NCBI GenBank assembly: GCA_964621395.1
Contig: CAZULS010000002.1
Span: 23,306-87,305, forward strand
Length of the DNA: 64,000 bases
Source: an uncultured Candidatus Saccharibacteria bacterium
GTDB lineage: Bacteria; Patescibacteriota; Minisyncoccia; Phycocordibacterales; JACNGX01
Direction: 5' to 3'
Shown here: positions 19,432 to 29,112 of the stretch, piece by piece
How positions within the stretch are numbered: the stretch's first letter is position 1
Layout: the number at the start of each line of letters is the position of its first letter
The notes under the pieces: model-generated
Database searches by the model: none
What the model saw: the letters and a program-made list of their open reading frames with translations, nothing else
Told to the model about the DNA's origin: nothing
Translations under genes and position numbers: made by a program

Positions 19432-20688
19432 TTACCGCCAGGAGACTTTTCGGGCGGTGAGTGTTTTGTACAAAGCGACGATATTCCACGAAAGAGCGAC
19501 CAGACCGTAGATGAGGAGAAAGAGAATAATGTCCGGGGAGAAGCGCATCTTTTCTCCGGCGAGTTTTTTGCCGATCAAAATCAACACAACCGTGAGAAGC
19601 ATGATGAAGATGGAGAGGAATAACAGCGCATCGGTATTGAAGAAAAACCAGTCCGGAGAGGTAAGAGATGCGGGGACGTCAACACCGACAGTGCGGATGC
19701 GCGAAATGCCTTTCACCACCGATGTGCTTGTTGAGGAAATGAGAGTGCCGAAAAGAATGAGGGAGCCGATGAGAAAGAGAATTGCCGATGGCAACATGAG
19801 CAAGGAAAGATCGCCGTAGCGAGGCGTGAAAAAGAGGTGGCGATAATCACGGGCATTATTGAGGAAACCGTATGTCCAGCGCAGACGCTGTTTGAAGAGT
19901 CCTTTTGTACTGTGAGGACCGACTGTGTACACATACGCATCATGGCGATTGGCTATCCGGTAATGATTACTTTGCATGCGCATGGCGTATTCCATGTCCT
20001 CGGTAAGGTAGGCGTGTTTGTAGCGTCCTAATGTGTCAAACACTTCGGTGCGCACGAAGGAAAATGGTCCTGGGATAACATACAGCGCACCGATAGCGGC
20101 GCTGGTTTTTCGCATGAATACGGCAAAGAAATATTCGGTGCGCTGCAGAATACGCGCGAGCGTATTGGCATTGTGGATGGTCATGGCGGGTGTGACGGCT
20201 TTTGTGTCCGGCTCTTTCAGGAAAGTGTCGACGATACGCATGAGTGCCTCTTTGTGTACGAACGAATCAGCATCGAGGAGGCCAACGAGGTCGCTTGTGA
20301 CATGCTCGAGTCCGAGATTCACGGCTGTGTGCTTGCCGCCGTTTTCTTTCTGGAAGAGTGTGATTTGAGGATGATTGTTGTATTCTTGAATAATGTTCCA
20401 CGTATTGTCAGTACTGCCGTCGTCGATGATGAAGATACTGAGCTTGTTTTGCGGATAATTGAGTTTGAGAAGAGACTCAACAGTGCCTTTCACAGTAGTT
20501 TCTTCATTCCAGCACGGCACAATGATAGTGACAGAAGGGAGGTTTTCAGGGCGGGTATAATCGACCCCTTTTTTCTCCTTCGGTTCTTTTCTCGTCCAGT
20601 CTTCGAAAAATGAGATAAGAAAATATACCTCCAAGAAGAGGGAAATGAAGAGTAGTATATATGTGATAATAAGAGTAAAATCGGACAT
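19432..20688 (-). CDS. Processive GT2 glycosyltransferase (PgaC/cellulose-synthase-like)
   Basis: DDGSTD, DADS, TED and QRLRW motifs with flanking TMs. Confidence 0.92.
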   Translation of the reverse strand: MSDFTLIITYILLFISLFLEVYFLISFFEDWTRKEPKEKKGVDYTRPENLPSVTIIVPCWNEETTVKGTVESLLKLNYPQNKLSIFIIDDGSTDNTWNIIQEYNNHPQITLFQKENGGKHTAVNLGLEHVTSDLVGLLDADSFVHKEALMRIVDTFLKEPDTKAVTPAMTIHNANTLARILQRTEYFFAVFMRKTSAAIGALYVIPGPFSFVRTEVFDTLGRYKHAYLTEDMEYAMRMQSNHYRIANRHDAYVYTVGPHSTKGLFKQRLRWTYGFLNNARDYRHLFFTPRYGDLSLLMLPSAILFLIGSLILFGTLISSTSTSVVKGISRIRTVGVDVPASLTSPDWFFFNTDALLFLSIFIMLLTVVLILIGKKLAGEKMRFSPDIILFLLIYGLVALSWNIVALYKTLTARKVSWR

Positions 20689-20819
20689 GGATGGTATATG
20701 TTCTTAACAATACGCCAAAATGAAGAAAAAGACAATTTTATCACATGGAGGTATTGAACATTGGAAATTATTTCAGTACACTGAAGGAAGAAAATAATGT
20801 TTCTTCAAGGAGGTGTTTC

Positions 20820-21032
20820 ATGACATTTCAAGATATTGCGAGGATAGTGTATGTTCTTACGGGTATCTTTTTCACAGAACGGGCAGTACATGTTGTGCAA
20901 ATAGCATGGGATACGAAAGATATTCCCACAGTTACTTCTGTTGTTTTTGTGTACATGGCCGTTTTGTACATTTTCGTAAGGGCACAGTACATTAATCAGA
21001 CAACAAAGAGGGACAATATTTACCCTCTATAA
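20820..21032 (+). CDS. Small 2-TM membrane protein (orphan cassette)
   Basis: AAGGAGGTG SD, TTGAAC-17-TACACT promoter, terminator at about 21031-21054. Confidence 0.65.
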   Translation: MTFQDIARIVYVLTGIFFTERAVHVVQIAWDTKDIPTVTSVVFVYMAVLYIFVRAQYINQTTKRDNIYPL

Positions 21033-21105
21033 GCCTCGGGTTTCCGGGGTTTTTATATTGGTATATATGATGCAGAGGTGTCCAAATTATGCTATCCTCT
21101 TCCAT

Positions 21106-21837
21106 ATGGAAATGCAAAAGCCGTTCTCAATGCACCCTCTCTCACGCGTGATCAATGACATCACACGGGCATTTGTGGAGCTTGGATTTGAAGTGGCAAC
21201 GGGTCCTGAAATGGAGGATGGCTATCACAACTTTGATGCACTCAATGTCCCCAAAGATCATCCGGCACGCGATATGCAGGACACGTTTTGGATTAAGGGC
21301 ATGGAGGATATGCTTTTGCGCACCCATACCTCACCGATGCAATCAAGGTATATGGAGAAACACGAACCGCCGTTTGCTATTGTGGTTCCGGGCAAGGTCT
21401 TTCGCAATGAGGCAACTGATATGACACATGAGGTGCAATTTCAACAAATTGAATGTTTGGTTGTAGGTGAAGATATAACTTTTGCAAATCTTAAATGGAC
21501 ACTTGAACACTTTCTGAAGAAGCTCTTTGGTGACGATATTACCATTCAGCTTCGTCCGGGATATTTTCCGTTTGTGGAGCCGGGCGTGGAGATTGATATG
21601 CGCTGTTTCCGCTGCGGCGGAGAGGGGTGTCCGTCGTGTAAGGGTTCGGGGTGGATTGAAATTCTTGGCGGTGGCATGGTGCATCCGAACGTGCTTGCCG
21701 AAGGAGGTATTGATTCTGAGAAATGGCAGGGATTTGCCTTTGGCGTTGGTCCGGACCGCATTGCCATGCTCCGCTACGGCATTCCCGATGTGCGCCTGCT
21801 CTACAGCGGCGATGTGCGCGTGAGTGGACAATTCTAA
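21106..21837 (+). CDS. pheS: Phenylalanyl-tRNA synthetase alpha subunit (N-terminally short)
   Basis: [29 protein letters not shown]. Confidence 0.96.
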   Translation: MEMQKPFSMHPLSRVINDITRAFVELGFEVATGPEMEDGYHNFDALNVPKDHPARDMQDTFWIKGMEDMLLRTHTSPMQSRYMEKHEPPFAIVVPGKVFRNEATDMTHEVQFQQIECLVVGEDITFANLKWTLEHFLKKLFGDDITIQLRPGYFPFVEPGVEIDMRCFRCGGEGCPSCKGSGWIEILGGGMVHPNVLAEGGIDSEKWQGFAFGVGPDRIAMLRYGIPDVRLLYSGDVRVSGQF

Positions 21838-22006
21838 AAAATTACGAATTACGAATAACGCGAATATACGAATATGCAGCAACATCTTTGATTTGTATTT
21901 TATCTACTGTGAAATATAACACGATACATGAAAATCGTAAGCCCGAAGCAAATAGAGAACCCTTTCGTATATTCGTATTGTATTCGTAATTCGTAATGTG
22001 TAGCTT

Positions 22007-23929
22007 ATGCTCGTATCATACAATAAACTCCAAACATATTTCTCCGAGCCGTTGCCAAAGCCCGAGGAGCTGAAAGACGTGATTACACGCCGTGCATTTG
22101 AGGTGGAAGAAATGCATGAAAAAAATGGCGATACACTCATTGATATTGATATTTTACCCAATCGTGCTCACGACTGTCTTTCACATCGCGGTATTGCGAA
22201 AGAAATCGCCGTCCTCACCGGTCTTGCCTATGCGGAGCCGAATATTGAGCCGGTAGCTGAAGAATCTCAAGCAAGCATTGCCGTTGATGTGCAGAGCTCA
22301 AAGCTGTGCCGCAGATATATAGGCCGTGTGGTAGAGGGAGTGAAGGTTGGTCCTGCACCTGAAAAAGGGAGAGTGTTTCTTGAGAATCGTGGAGATCGTT
22401 CGATTAGCAATGTGGTGGATGCCACGAATGTCACCCTTTTTGATACTGGTCAGCCGCTTCATGCGTTTGATGCTGATAAGGTGGAGGGCGGCTTGACGGT
22501 GCGTCTCGCACAAGAAGGGGAGAGTATGACAACACTCGATGGCGCGGAGCTTGCTCTCACGGAAGAGGATTTGGTGATTGCTGATCAAGGAGGTGTGCTT
22601 GCGCTTGCAGGTGTAAAGGGCGGCACGAAAGCGGAGGTGGATGAGGGAACGACGCGCATCATTCTTGAATCAGCAAATTTTGATCCGGCTTCAGTACGAA
22701 AAAGTGCGAATCGTCACGGTATCAAGACGGACGCCTCAAAGCGTTTTGAAAATGAGCTCTCTGCCGAGACGGCACGTGTTGGCATGGATGAAGTATCAGC
22801 TCTTATTAAGAAATGGATGCCAGAAAGTGTATGTGGTCCCATTACAGACGTGTATTCGAATCCGGAGGAAGATGTAACAGTGGAAGTGTCGCTCGAGAAG
22901 ATGAGTGGCGTGCTTGGCACGGCGATAGCATCTGAGACGGTGGAGGAGATTTTCGATAAGCTTCATTTCGCGTATGAAAAAGCAGGAAGTGTATACACAA
23001 TAACGCCACCGAAAGAGCGTTTGGATATTCGTATTGCCGAAGATGTGGCAGAGGAGGTGGGGCGGATCTATGGCTATGAACATATCGCAGCCTTACCGCT
23101 TCCGAATATGCCGGAGCCTGTCGTGGAGAAAGAATTTTTCTTCGCCAATCGCGTGCGTAAAGAACTTTCTTCCGCAGGGTTCAAGGAAATATGTACCTCA
23201 TCATTCCGCGCACAAGGAAGTATTGAAGTGCTGTATCCGGCAGCGAGTGATAAGGCGTTTCTCCGCACCACTCTTGCCGACATGATGGAGGATCGCCTCA
23301 TTTTTAATGCACGCAATGCCGCGCTCTTTGGCGAGAGCGACGTGAAGCTTTTTGAAATCGGCCATGTGTTTGATGCTGAGGACGGTGAGCGTTTGATGTG
23401 TGCGCTTGGTGTGATGCACAAGGAGATGAAGCCACGGAAAGCCACGGAAAAAGCGCGAGGCGAGGTGAAGGATATGGTGGCAAAAATTACCTATAGCTGC
23501 GGGGGTGATGAAGGAGATATCGACGAAGCGCTGACAGAATTTCCCGGGGGCTGCACCCTAGAATTTGATTTTGGTGCATTTATCGACAAGCTCGATATTC
23601 CTGCCGGGTACGGCGATGTTCTTGAGACGCCCAATAACCAACCTATATACAAAGATTTTTCCGCATATCCTTTTATGACACGCGACGTGGCATTTTGGAC
23701 ACCGGGCGATATTTCAGAAGAAGAGGCAAAGAGTGAGATGATTGGGGAGGGGAGCGAGCTTCTTATGCGCACGGATCTCTTTGATGTCTTTGAAAAAGAC
23801 GGGCGAACGTCGTATGCTTTTCGCCTGGTCTTCCAAGCCAAAGAGCGCACGCTCACCGATGAAGAAGTGAACGAAATTATGAATGATGTCTATGCGCGCA
23901 TTGAAGCGAGGGGGTGGGAGGCACGGTGA
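22007..23929 (+). CDS. pheT: Phenylalanyl-tRNA synthetase beta subunit (no B2 OB domain)
   Basis: PNRAHDCLSHRG, DVAEEVGRIYGY, C-terminal FDX-ACB domain. Confidence 0.95.
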   Translation: MLVSYNKLQTYFSEPLPKPEELKDVITRRAFEVEEMHEKNGDTLIDIDILPNRAHDCLSHRGIAKEIAVLTGLAYAEPNIEPVAEESQASIAVDVQSSKLCRRYIGRVVEGVKVGPAPEKGRVFLENRGDRSISNVVDATNVTLFDTGQPLHAFDADKVEGGLTVRLAQEGESMTTLDGAELALTEEDLVIADQGGVLALAGVKGGTKAEVDEGTTRIILESANFDPASVRKSANRHGIKTDASKRFENELSAETARVGMDEVSALIKKWMPESVCGPITDVYSNPEEDVTVEVSLEKMSGVLGTAIASETVEEIFDKLHFAYEKAGSVYTITPPKERLDIRIAEDVAEEVGRIYGYEHIAALPLPNMPEPVVEKEFFFANRVRKELSSAGFKEICTSSFRAQGSIEVLYPAASDKAFLRTTLADMMEDRLIFNARNAALFGESDVKLFEIGHVFDAEDGERLMCALGVMHKEMKPRKATEKARGEVKDMVAKITYSCGGDEGDIDEALTEFPGGCTLEFDFGAFIDKLDIPAGYGDVLETPNNQPIYKDFSAYPFMTRDVAFWTPGDISEEEAKSEMIGEGSELLMRTDLFDVFEKDGRTSYAFRLVFQAKERTLTDEEVNEIMNDVYARIEARGWEAR

Positions 23930-24098
23930 TCGCTTACTCCTTTACTTGTCATTCCCAACTTGATTGGGAATCTTCGCGGATGTGGTAAGAAGGGCAAGTT
24001 TTTAGTTGCTAGTTTTTAGTTTTTAGCCAGGCGCGGCTTACGCCGCGCCTGCAAAGAAATAAAAAGATGCCGGATACTGTGACCCGGCCAAGTGTGCG

Positions 24099-24380
24099 TT
24101 AGTCCGCAAGGAATTTGATAGGACATCTTTCTTGAAATTTTCGCATTTCGTTCTTGAATCTCTGCACAATGACATAACCCAGGAGAGCAAAGATTGCAAG
24201 AACTCCAGTTATGAGCAAGCTTGGTATCCTTTGTTCCTGAAGAAGCATCGCTGATGTTGCTCCAGCGATTATCAAAAACAAAAAGATTACCGGATAAAGA
24301 AAGCGTATTGTCGTCTTCCTTTTATTATTGTCCCTACGATCAATCTTATAGTCAACCGCTTTTTGTGAAAGTGGTAACAT
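24099..24380 (-). CDS. Small 2-TM membrane protein (orphan cassette)
   Basis: TTGACT-17-TAGTCT promoter upstream, hairpin plus T-tract downstream. Confidence 0.6.
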   Translation of the reverse strand: MLPLSQKAVDYKIDRRDNNKRKTTIRFLYPVIFLFLIIAGATSAMLLQEQRIPSLLITGVLAIFALLGYVIVQRFKNEMRKFQERCPIKFLAD

Positions 24381-24654
24381 CTTTATAAGAATTCAGTGTT
24401 TTCTTGCAAAATTGCAAACTTCTTTCTGAGTACAGACTAGCATATATGAATAAAAAAGTCAATAGCGCGGAAAAGGGTGATTTTTGGTATAATGGGGAGG
24501 TCATTGAATGGGTCCATTCGGGCCTTTTTATAGGTAATATTGGTGAATTCCCAAGGTTAAACCTTGGTATTTATACCAAGGTTTAACCTTGGGAGCTCAG
24601 AGCACGAAGATCCCGCATCAAGTGCGGGATGACAGCAGAAAGAAGTATCTTGTC

Positions 24655-24759
24655 ATCCAGCCCCACTTTCACTAATTACCTTTAAATAACACTAGTCGTC
24701 AAAGAGTTCAGCTAACGAAATGTGGTAATCGTACTTAATCAGTGAAAGTGGGGCTGGAT
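24655..24759. mobile_element. ~105-bp TIR-bounded mini-element nested in a REP-like unit
   Basis: 24-bp IR ATCCAGCCCCACTTTCACTAATTA with 1 mismatch. Confidence 0.65.
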
Positions 24760-24939
24760 CCAGAGCAGAATCAGGTTGGTCGCATATCCTTGTAGATTCC
24801 TGGTCACCAGAGCCCCACCCAGCCCTTTTCCGAGAAAGAGCTGGGTCGAGCTCGGCAGGAGCCGGGAATGACAGCTTATAGATTTTTGTTTTTCCATTTA
24901 TTTTTTATCGTTTATAGTTAACCGTTCATCGTTTTATCC

Positions 24940-27147
24940 ATGCCAGCCAAGAAAGAGACAACCAAAAAAACTGCCGAGAAAACTAAAAAATCAAATGGCT
25001 CGCCTAAACCGTCGAAAACGACGGTCGGCCAAGCCGGACATCATTACGATGCGTCGGATATTTCGGTGCTCGAGGGACTGGAGCCGGTGCGCAAGCGTCC
25101 GGGTATGTATATCGGATCCACGGGCGTGGACGGACTCCATCATTTGGTATGGGAGATTTTCGACAATGGTCGCGATGAGGCAATGGGCGGGTATGCGAAC
25201 CATGTGGAGGTGGTGATTCTGTCGGGTAATCGTATTCGCATCGCTGACAACGGTCGTGGTATTCCGGTGGATATGCACAAAAAGACAAAAGTCTCCGCAC
25301 TTGAAACGATCATGACAACACTCCATGCCGGAGGTAAGTTTGGTGGCGATGGTTATGCGAAGGCTACAGGAGGTCTTCACGGTGTCGGTGCCTCGGTGGT
25401 GAATGCACTTTCTTCGTACACGAAGGTCATGGTGCATCGCGATGGCGGTTTACACATGCAGGAATACAATACCGGAAAGGCGAAAGCAAAGGTAAAGAAG
25501 CTTGGCGCATCAAAAGCACATGGGACGATTGTTGTCTTCCAGCCCGATAAGGATGTCTTCTCCGAAACTGAATTTTCATGGAATAAAATTGTGCAACATA
25601 TTCTGCAACAGGCGTATTTGGTGAAGGGTTTGCGGGTGTCGGCATATGATGCTCGAGAGTACGCGGGGGATGTCGACTTGGAAGGCAAGGACATTCATTT
25701 TGTCTCCGAGCTGGAGCTTGCACTTCCTTCGCAATCATATTTCTTTGAAGGAGGATTGGTGTCGCTTGTGCGTCACAATAATGAATTCCAGAAACCGATT
25801 CACAAGAATATTTTCTTTGTGGAAAAAGAAACGGATGACGGTGTTTCGGTGGAAGTGGCATTTCAGTATGTGGATGATATTTCCGCGCGTCTCTCGGCAT
25901 TTGCCAATTCCACGCCGACGATTGAAGGTGGTATGCATGTGACCGGCTTTAAGACAGCGCTCACACGCGGGCTCAATTCCTATGCGCGAAAGAATAAGAT
26001 TCTCAAGGAGAGTGATGAGAATTTCACCGGTGATGATGTGCTCGAAGGAATCACGGCAGTGGTATCGGTGAAGCTCAAGGAGATTCAATTTGAAGGACAA
26101 ACCAAAGCAAAGCTCGGAAGCGTGGAGGCGCGCGGTGCTGTGGAGACGGTCTTTGGTGAAGCGTTGGGAGAGTTTCTTGAAGAACATCCCGATGACGGCA
26201 AGGCGATTGTGCAGAAGGTGATTTTGGCGCTCAAGGCGCGTAAGGCGGCTAAGGCAGCGAAAGATTCGGTGTTGCGCAAAGGTGCACTGGAAGGCATGAC
26301 ACTGCCAGGGAAATTGGCAGACTGCCAAACAAAAAGTGCCGCAGATTCCGAGCTCTTTATCGTGGAGGGAGACTCAGCGGGTGGTACGGCAAAATCGGGG
26401 CGTGATCGAAAGACACAGGCGATTTTGCCTTTGCGTGGTAAGATTTTGAATGTGGAGCGCGCGCGTTTGGACAAGATGCTTGCCTCCGAGCAAATCAAAA
26501 ATATTGTGGTGGCACTTGGGGCGGCAATTGGTGATGCGCTTGATATGGAAAAACTCCGTTATCACAAGATTATTATTGCAACCGACGCCGATGTCGATGG
26601 TTCCCACATCGACACACTTCTTCTCACACTCTTTTTCCGTTATTTCCGTCCGGTTATCGATGGGGGCTTTCTCTACATTGCCATGCCGCCTCTCTATAAG
26701 ATTAAAAAAGGAAAGGAGGTGTTTTATGCATTCACTGATGCTGATAAGGCGGAGATTTTGAAATCACTGGGCGTGGAAGATATGGAGGAGGCACCGGATT
26801 ATGGCCTAGACTCCTCTCTAGAAGAGTCGGCCAAAGAAGGCGAGGAGAGTGAGGAAGCTGAAGATGAAGGCCTAAACGCCGACAAGTCGGCATCGGCCAA
26901 GGAAGAGCCTGAAGCAAAGAAAAAAGCTGGCAAAGTACACATCCAGAGGTATAAGGGTCTCGGTGAAATGAATCAAGACGAGCTTTGGGAGACGACCATG
27001 GATCCGGAGAATCGACTTCTCAAACAAGTGACCATTGAAGACGCTGAAGAAGCAAATCGTGTCTTCGACACCCTCATGGGCACCGACGTATCCTCTCGCA
27101 AAACCTTCATCCAAAACAATGCAAAGTACGCAAATATCGATGCGTAA
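24940..27147 (+). CDS. gyrB: DNA gyrase subunit B
   Basis: VRKRPGMYIG, EGDSAGG, PLRGK, DADVDG, QRYKGLGEM. Confidence 0.95.
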   Translation: MPAKKETTKKTAEKTKKSNGSPKPSKTTVGQAGHHYDASDISVLEGLEPVRKRPGMYIGSTGVDGLHHLVWEIFDNGRDEAMGGYANHVEVVILSGNRIRIADNGRGIPVDMHKKTKVSALETIMTTLHAGGKFGGDGYAKATGGLHGVGASVVNALSSYTKVMVHRDGGLHMQEYNTGKAKAKVKKLGASKAHGTIVVFQPDKDVFSETEFSWNKIVQHILQQAYLVKGLRVSAYDAREYAGDVDLEGKDIHFVSELELALPSQSYFFEGGLVSLVRHNNEFQKPIHKNIFFVEKETDDGVSVEVAFQYVDDISARLSAFANSTPTIEGGMHVTGFKTALTRGLNSYARKNKILKESDENFTGDDVLEGITAVVSVKLKEIQFEGQTKAKLGSVEARGAVETVFGEALGEFLEEHPDDGKAIVQKVILALKARKAAKAAKDSVLRKGALEGMTLPGKLADCQTKSAADSELFIVEGDSAGGTAKSGRDRKTQAILPLRGKILNVERARLDKMLASEQIKNIVVALGAAIGDALDMEKLRYHKIIIATDADVDGSHIDTLLLTLFFRYFRPVIDGGFLYIAMPPLYKIKKGKEVFYAFTDADKAEILKSLGVEDMEEAPDYGLDSSLEESAKEGEESEEAEDEGLNADKSASAKEEPEAKKKAGKVHIQRYKGLGEMNQDELWETTMDPENRLLKQVTIEDAEEANRVFDTLMGTDVSSRKTFIQNNAKYANIDA

Positions 27148-27298
27148 GTCTTGAAAAATGAAAAACGAAATATGAAATACGTATACAGCCGCGGACCCTT
27201 TGGGCCCGCGACTGCTCATGAATTGATTTTTACGAACGAGAAGATTCGTGCGTATATTTTTGTCTTACACAAAAAAAGCCGGATAATCATCCGGCAGG

Positions 27299-27613
27299 TC
27301 AGAATTCTTTATACCAAACAATTCTTGTTGGTTGGGTCATGCTGAGGAAGACAATCTTATTTCTTCCGTCTTTTGTCTCATAAATAGCTATAAAAGAAAA
27401 CAATATCCTCTCTTTCCTCGTACCATGAGGAGAGAGAAGAGACACGGGGACAAAAGAACCGCCGCTGTCTCCTATTTTCTCAATTAGGACTTCTTCTTTG
27501 AAATCTTTTTGCCTGTGAAGCAGTTGACGCGCATCTTGAATGGATGCCTTCTCTTTTGTACACCCCAACAAAAATATACACAGTATAAAGACCATGGAAA
27601 TTAGTTGTTTCAT
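27299..27613 (-). CDS. Putative lipoprotein (orphan cassette)
   Basis: Lipobox LLGC, GGAGAG SD, TTGATT-17-TACTAT promoter. Confidence 0.7.
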   Translation of the reverse strand: MKQLISMVFILCIFLLGCTKEKASIQDARQLLHRQKDFKEEVLIEKIGDSGGSFVPVSLLSPHGTRKERILFSFIAIYETKDGRNKIVFLSMTQPTRIVWYKEF

Positions 27614-27795
27614 CGCTCTCTCCAGATGTGTATTCTAAAATACTGTTTACAAGATTAAGTCTGCGCAAATAGTAATATACGTAGATACATAAATCAAGCA
27701 TGTGACAAAAGCGTGGCGACCTTCGGTCGCCGCGCTTTTGTCTTTTGGTGTTTGTTATTTTTTGTTTGTCTTTTCTAATTTCCAACTTCTAATCT

Positions 27796-27987
27796 CTAAA
27801 TAATCTTCTTCAATTCCTCGGTCAATTTTTTGATATTGTCTTCTTTTTCACTCGCCACTTCTTTCCAGAGTGCTTCGAGTTCGGGGATGCTTCTGGCATC
27901 GGCAAGATAATCATCTTTGATGCGCCAGAGACTGGTATATTCCTGCACGAGCTGACGCATGATGTTGTATGCATTGTTATCAATCAT
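27796..27987 (-). CDS. Small helical hypothetical protein (ferritin-like half?)
   Basis: YNIMRQLVQE..SLWRI..Y pattern, 63 aa. Confidence 0.6.
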   Translation of the reverse strand: MIDNNAYNIMRQLVQEYTSLWRIKDDYLADARSIPELEALWKEVASEKEDNIKKLTEELKKII

Positions 27988-28174
27988 GAGAAAAACGATT
28001 AACTATTAACGATAAACTATACACGAATGAGTGTCGTTTCTGACGTAACGAGAAACTCAGGGTTTTGTACATGATGTTTGCATTAGTCCTTGACCCCGCA
28101 TCACCAAGCTCCATTTTCACTAAAGTGAAAAAAGTGCTCGGCACAGAGTGCGGGATGACAGCAGTATAAGTATA

Positions 28175-28918
28175 TCACGCCTCATCTCTCTTTCGTATAA
28201 TCTCAGTGGCCTCAGAAAGCTGCTCCTGCGTGTTTACGCCGAGGATATCGGTGTGATCGGGAGCTGTGTAGGCAGTCACGAGAAGTCCTTTGTCGTGGAA
28301 GATGCCAATGATATCGGTGATGTAGTATTCATTTTGAGCGTTATGACTACTGAGCTCTTCAAGAGCAGGAAGAAGGTATTCTTTACGAAAGAGATACGTG
28401 CCGGAATTGACCTCTCCAACAGCGCGTTCTTCATCGTTTGCGTCTTTTTCCTCCACGATACGTATCACAGCACCGCTACTATCACGAATAATGCGACCAT
28501 ATGCATATGGATTGGGAATATGTGCCGAGAGAATAGTTGCCGCTCCGCCATTGGCACGATGATGTTCAAGCGTGCCGGACAATGTTTCCGGAGTAATGAG
28601 AGGGTTATCTGCGGAGAGAACAAGCACGTCTTCTTCGGGTGCTTTAGAAAGGATTGTTTGCACCGCCCGCACCGCACCGCCCGTACCGTTTAAGCACTCT
28701 TGGACGCCATATAGGGGGCTGTATGTGTCGCATGTGGCGCGAACTTCGTCTGATGAAGGACTCACGACGATAACAAGACGAGTCTTACCGACACCGCGCG
28801 CAGCCTCGATTACATAGTGAATGAGCGGTTTCTTTTCGATCGTATGAAGTGGCTTAGGCAAAGAAGAATGCATCCGCGAACCTTTGCCCGCAGCCATGAT
28901 GACGGTAATGAATGACAT
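28175..28918 (-). CDS. GlmU-like uridyltransferase, N-terminal domain only
   Basis: MAAGKGSRM..LPK.LH, YGRI, IVEEKDA, EYYITD. No hexapeptide acetyltransferase domain. Confidence 0.85.
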   Translation of the reverse strand: MSFITVIMAAGKGSRMHSSLPKPLHTIEKKPLIHYVIEAARGVGKTRLVIVVSPSSDEVRATCDTYSPLYGVQECLNGTGGAVRAVQTILSKAPEEDVLVLSADNPLITPETLSGTLEHHRANGGAATILSAHIPNPYAYGRIIRDSSGAVIRIVEEKDANDEERAVGEVNSGTYLFRKEYLLPALEELSSHNAQNEYYITDIIGIFHDKGLLVTAYTAPDHTDILGVNTQEQLSEATEIIRKRDEA

Positions 28919-29112
28919 GAAAGAATGTTGGAATTAAAACAGTCGTCATTCCTGGCTTGAACCCCAAGCCAGAGGCGGGGCAAGCAGGAATCCAGGCAGG
29001 AGCAGGTTGGTTGTATGGCTTTGTAGATTCCCGCTCGGAGGCGGGAATGACAGCAAACAGACTGAAAAAGTAACCACTGTCATCCCGCACTTGATGCGGG
29101 ATCTCGCCATAT

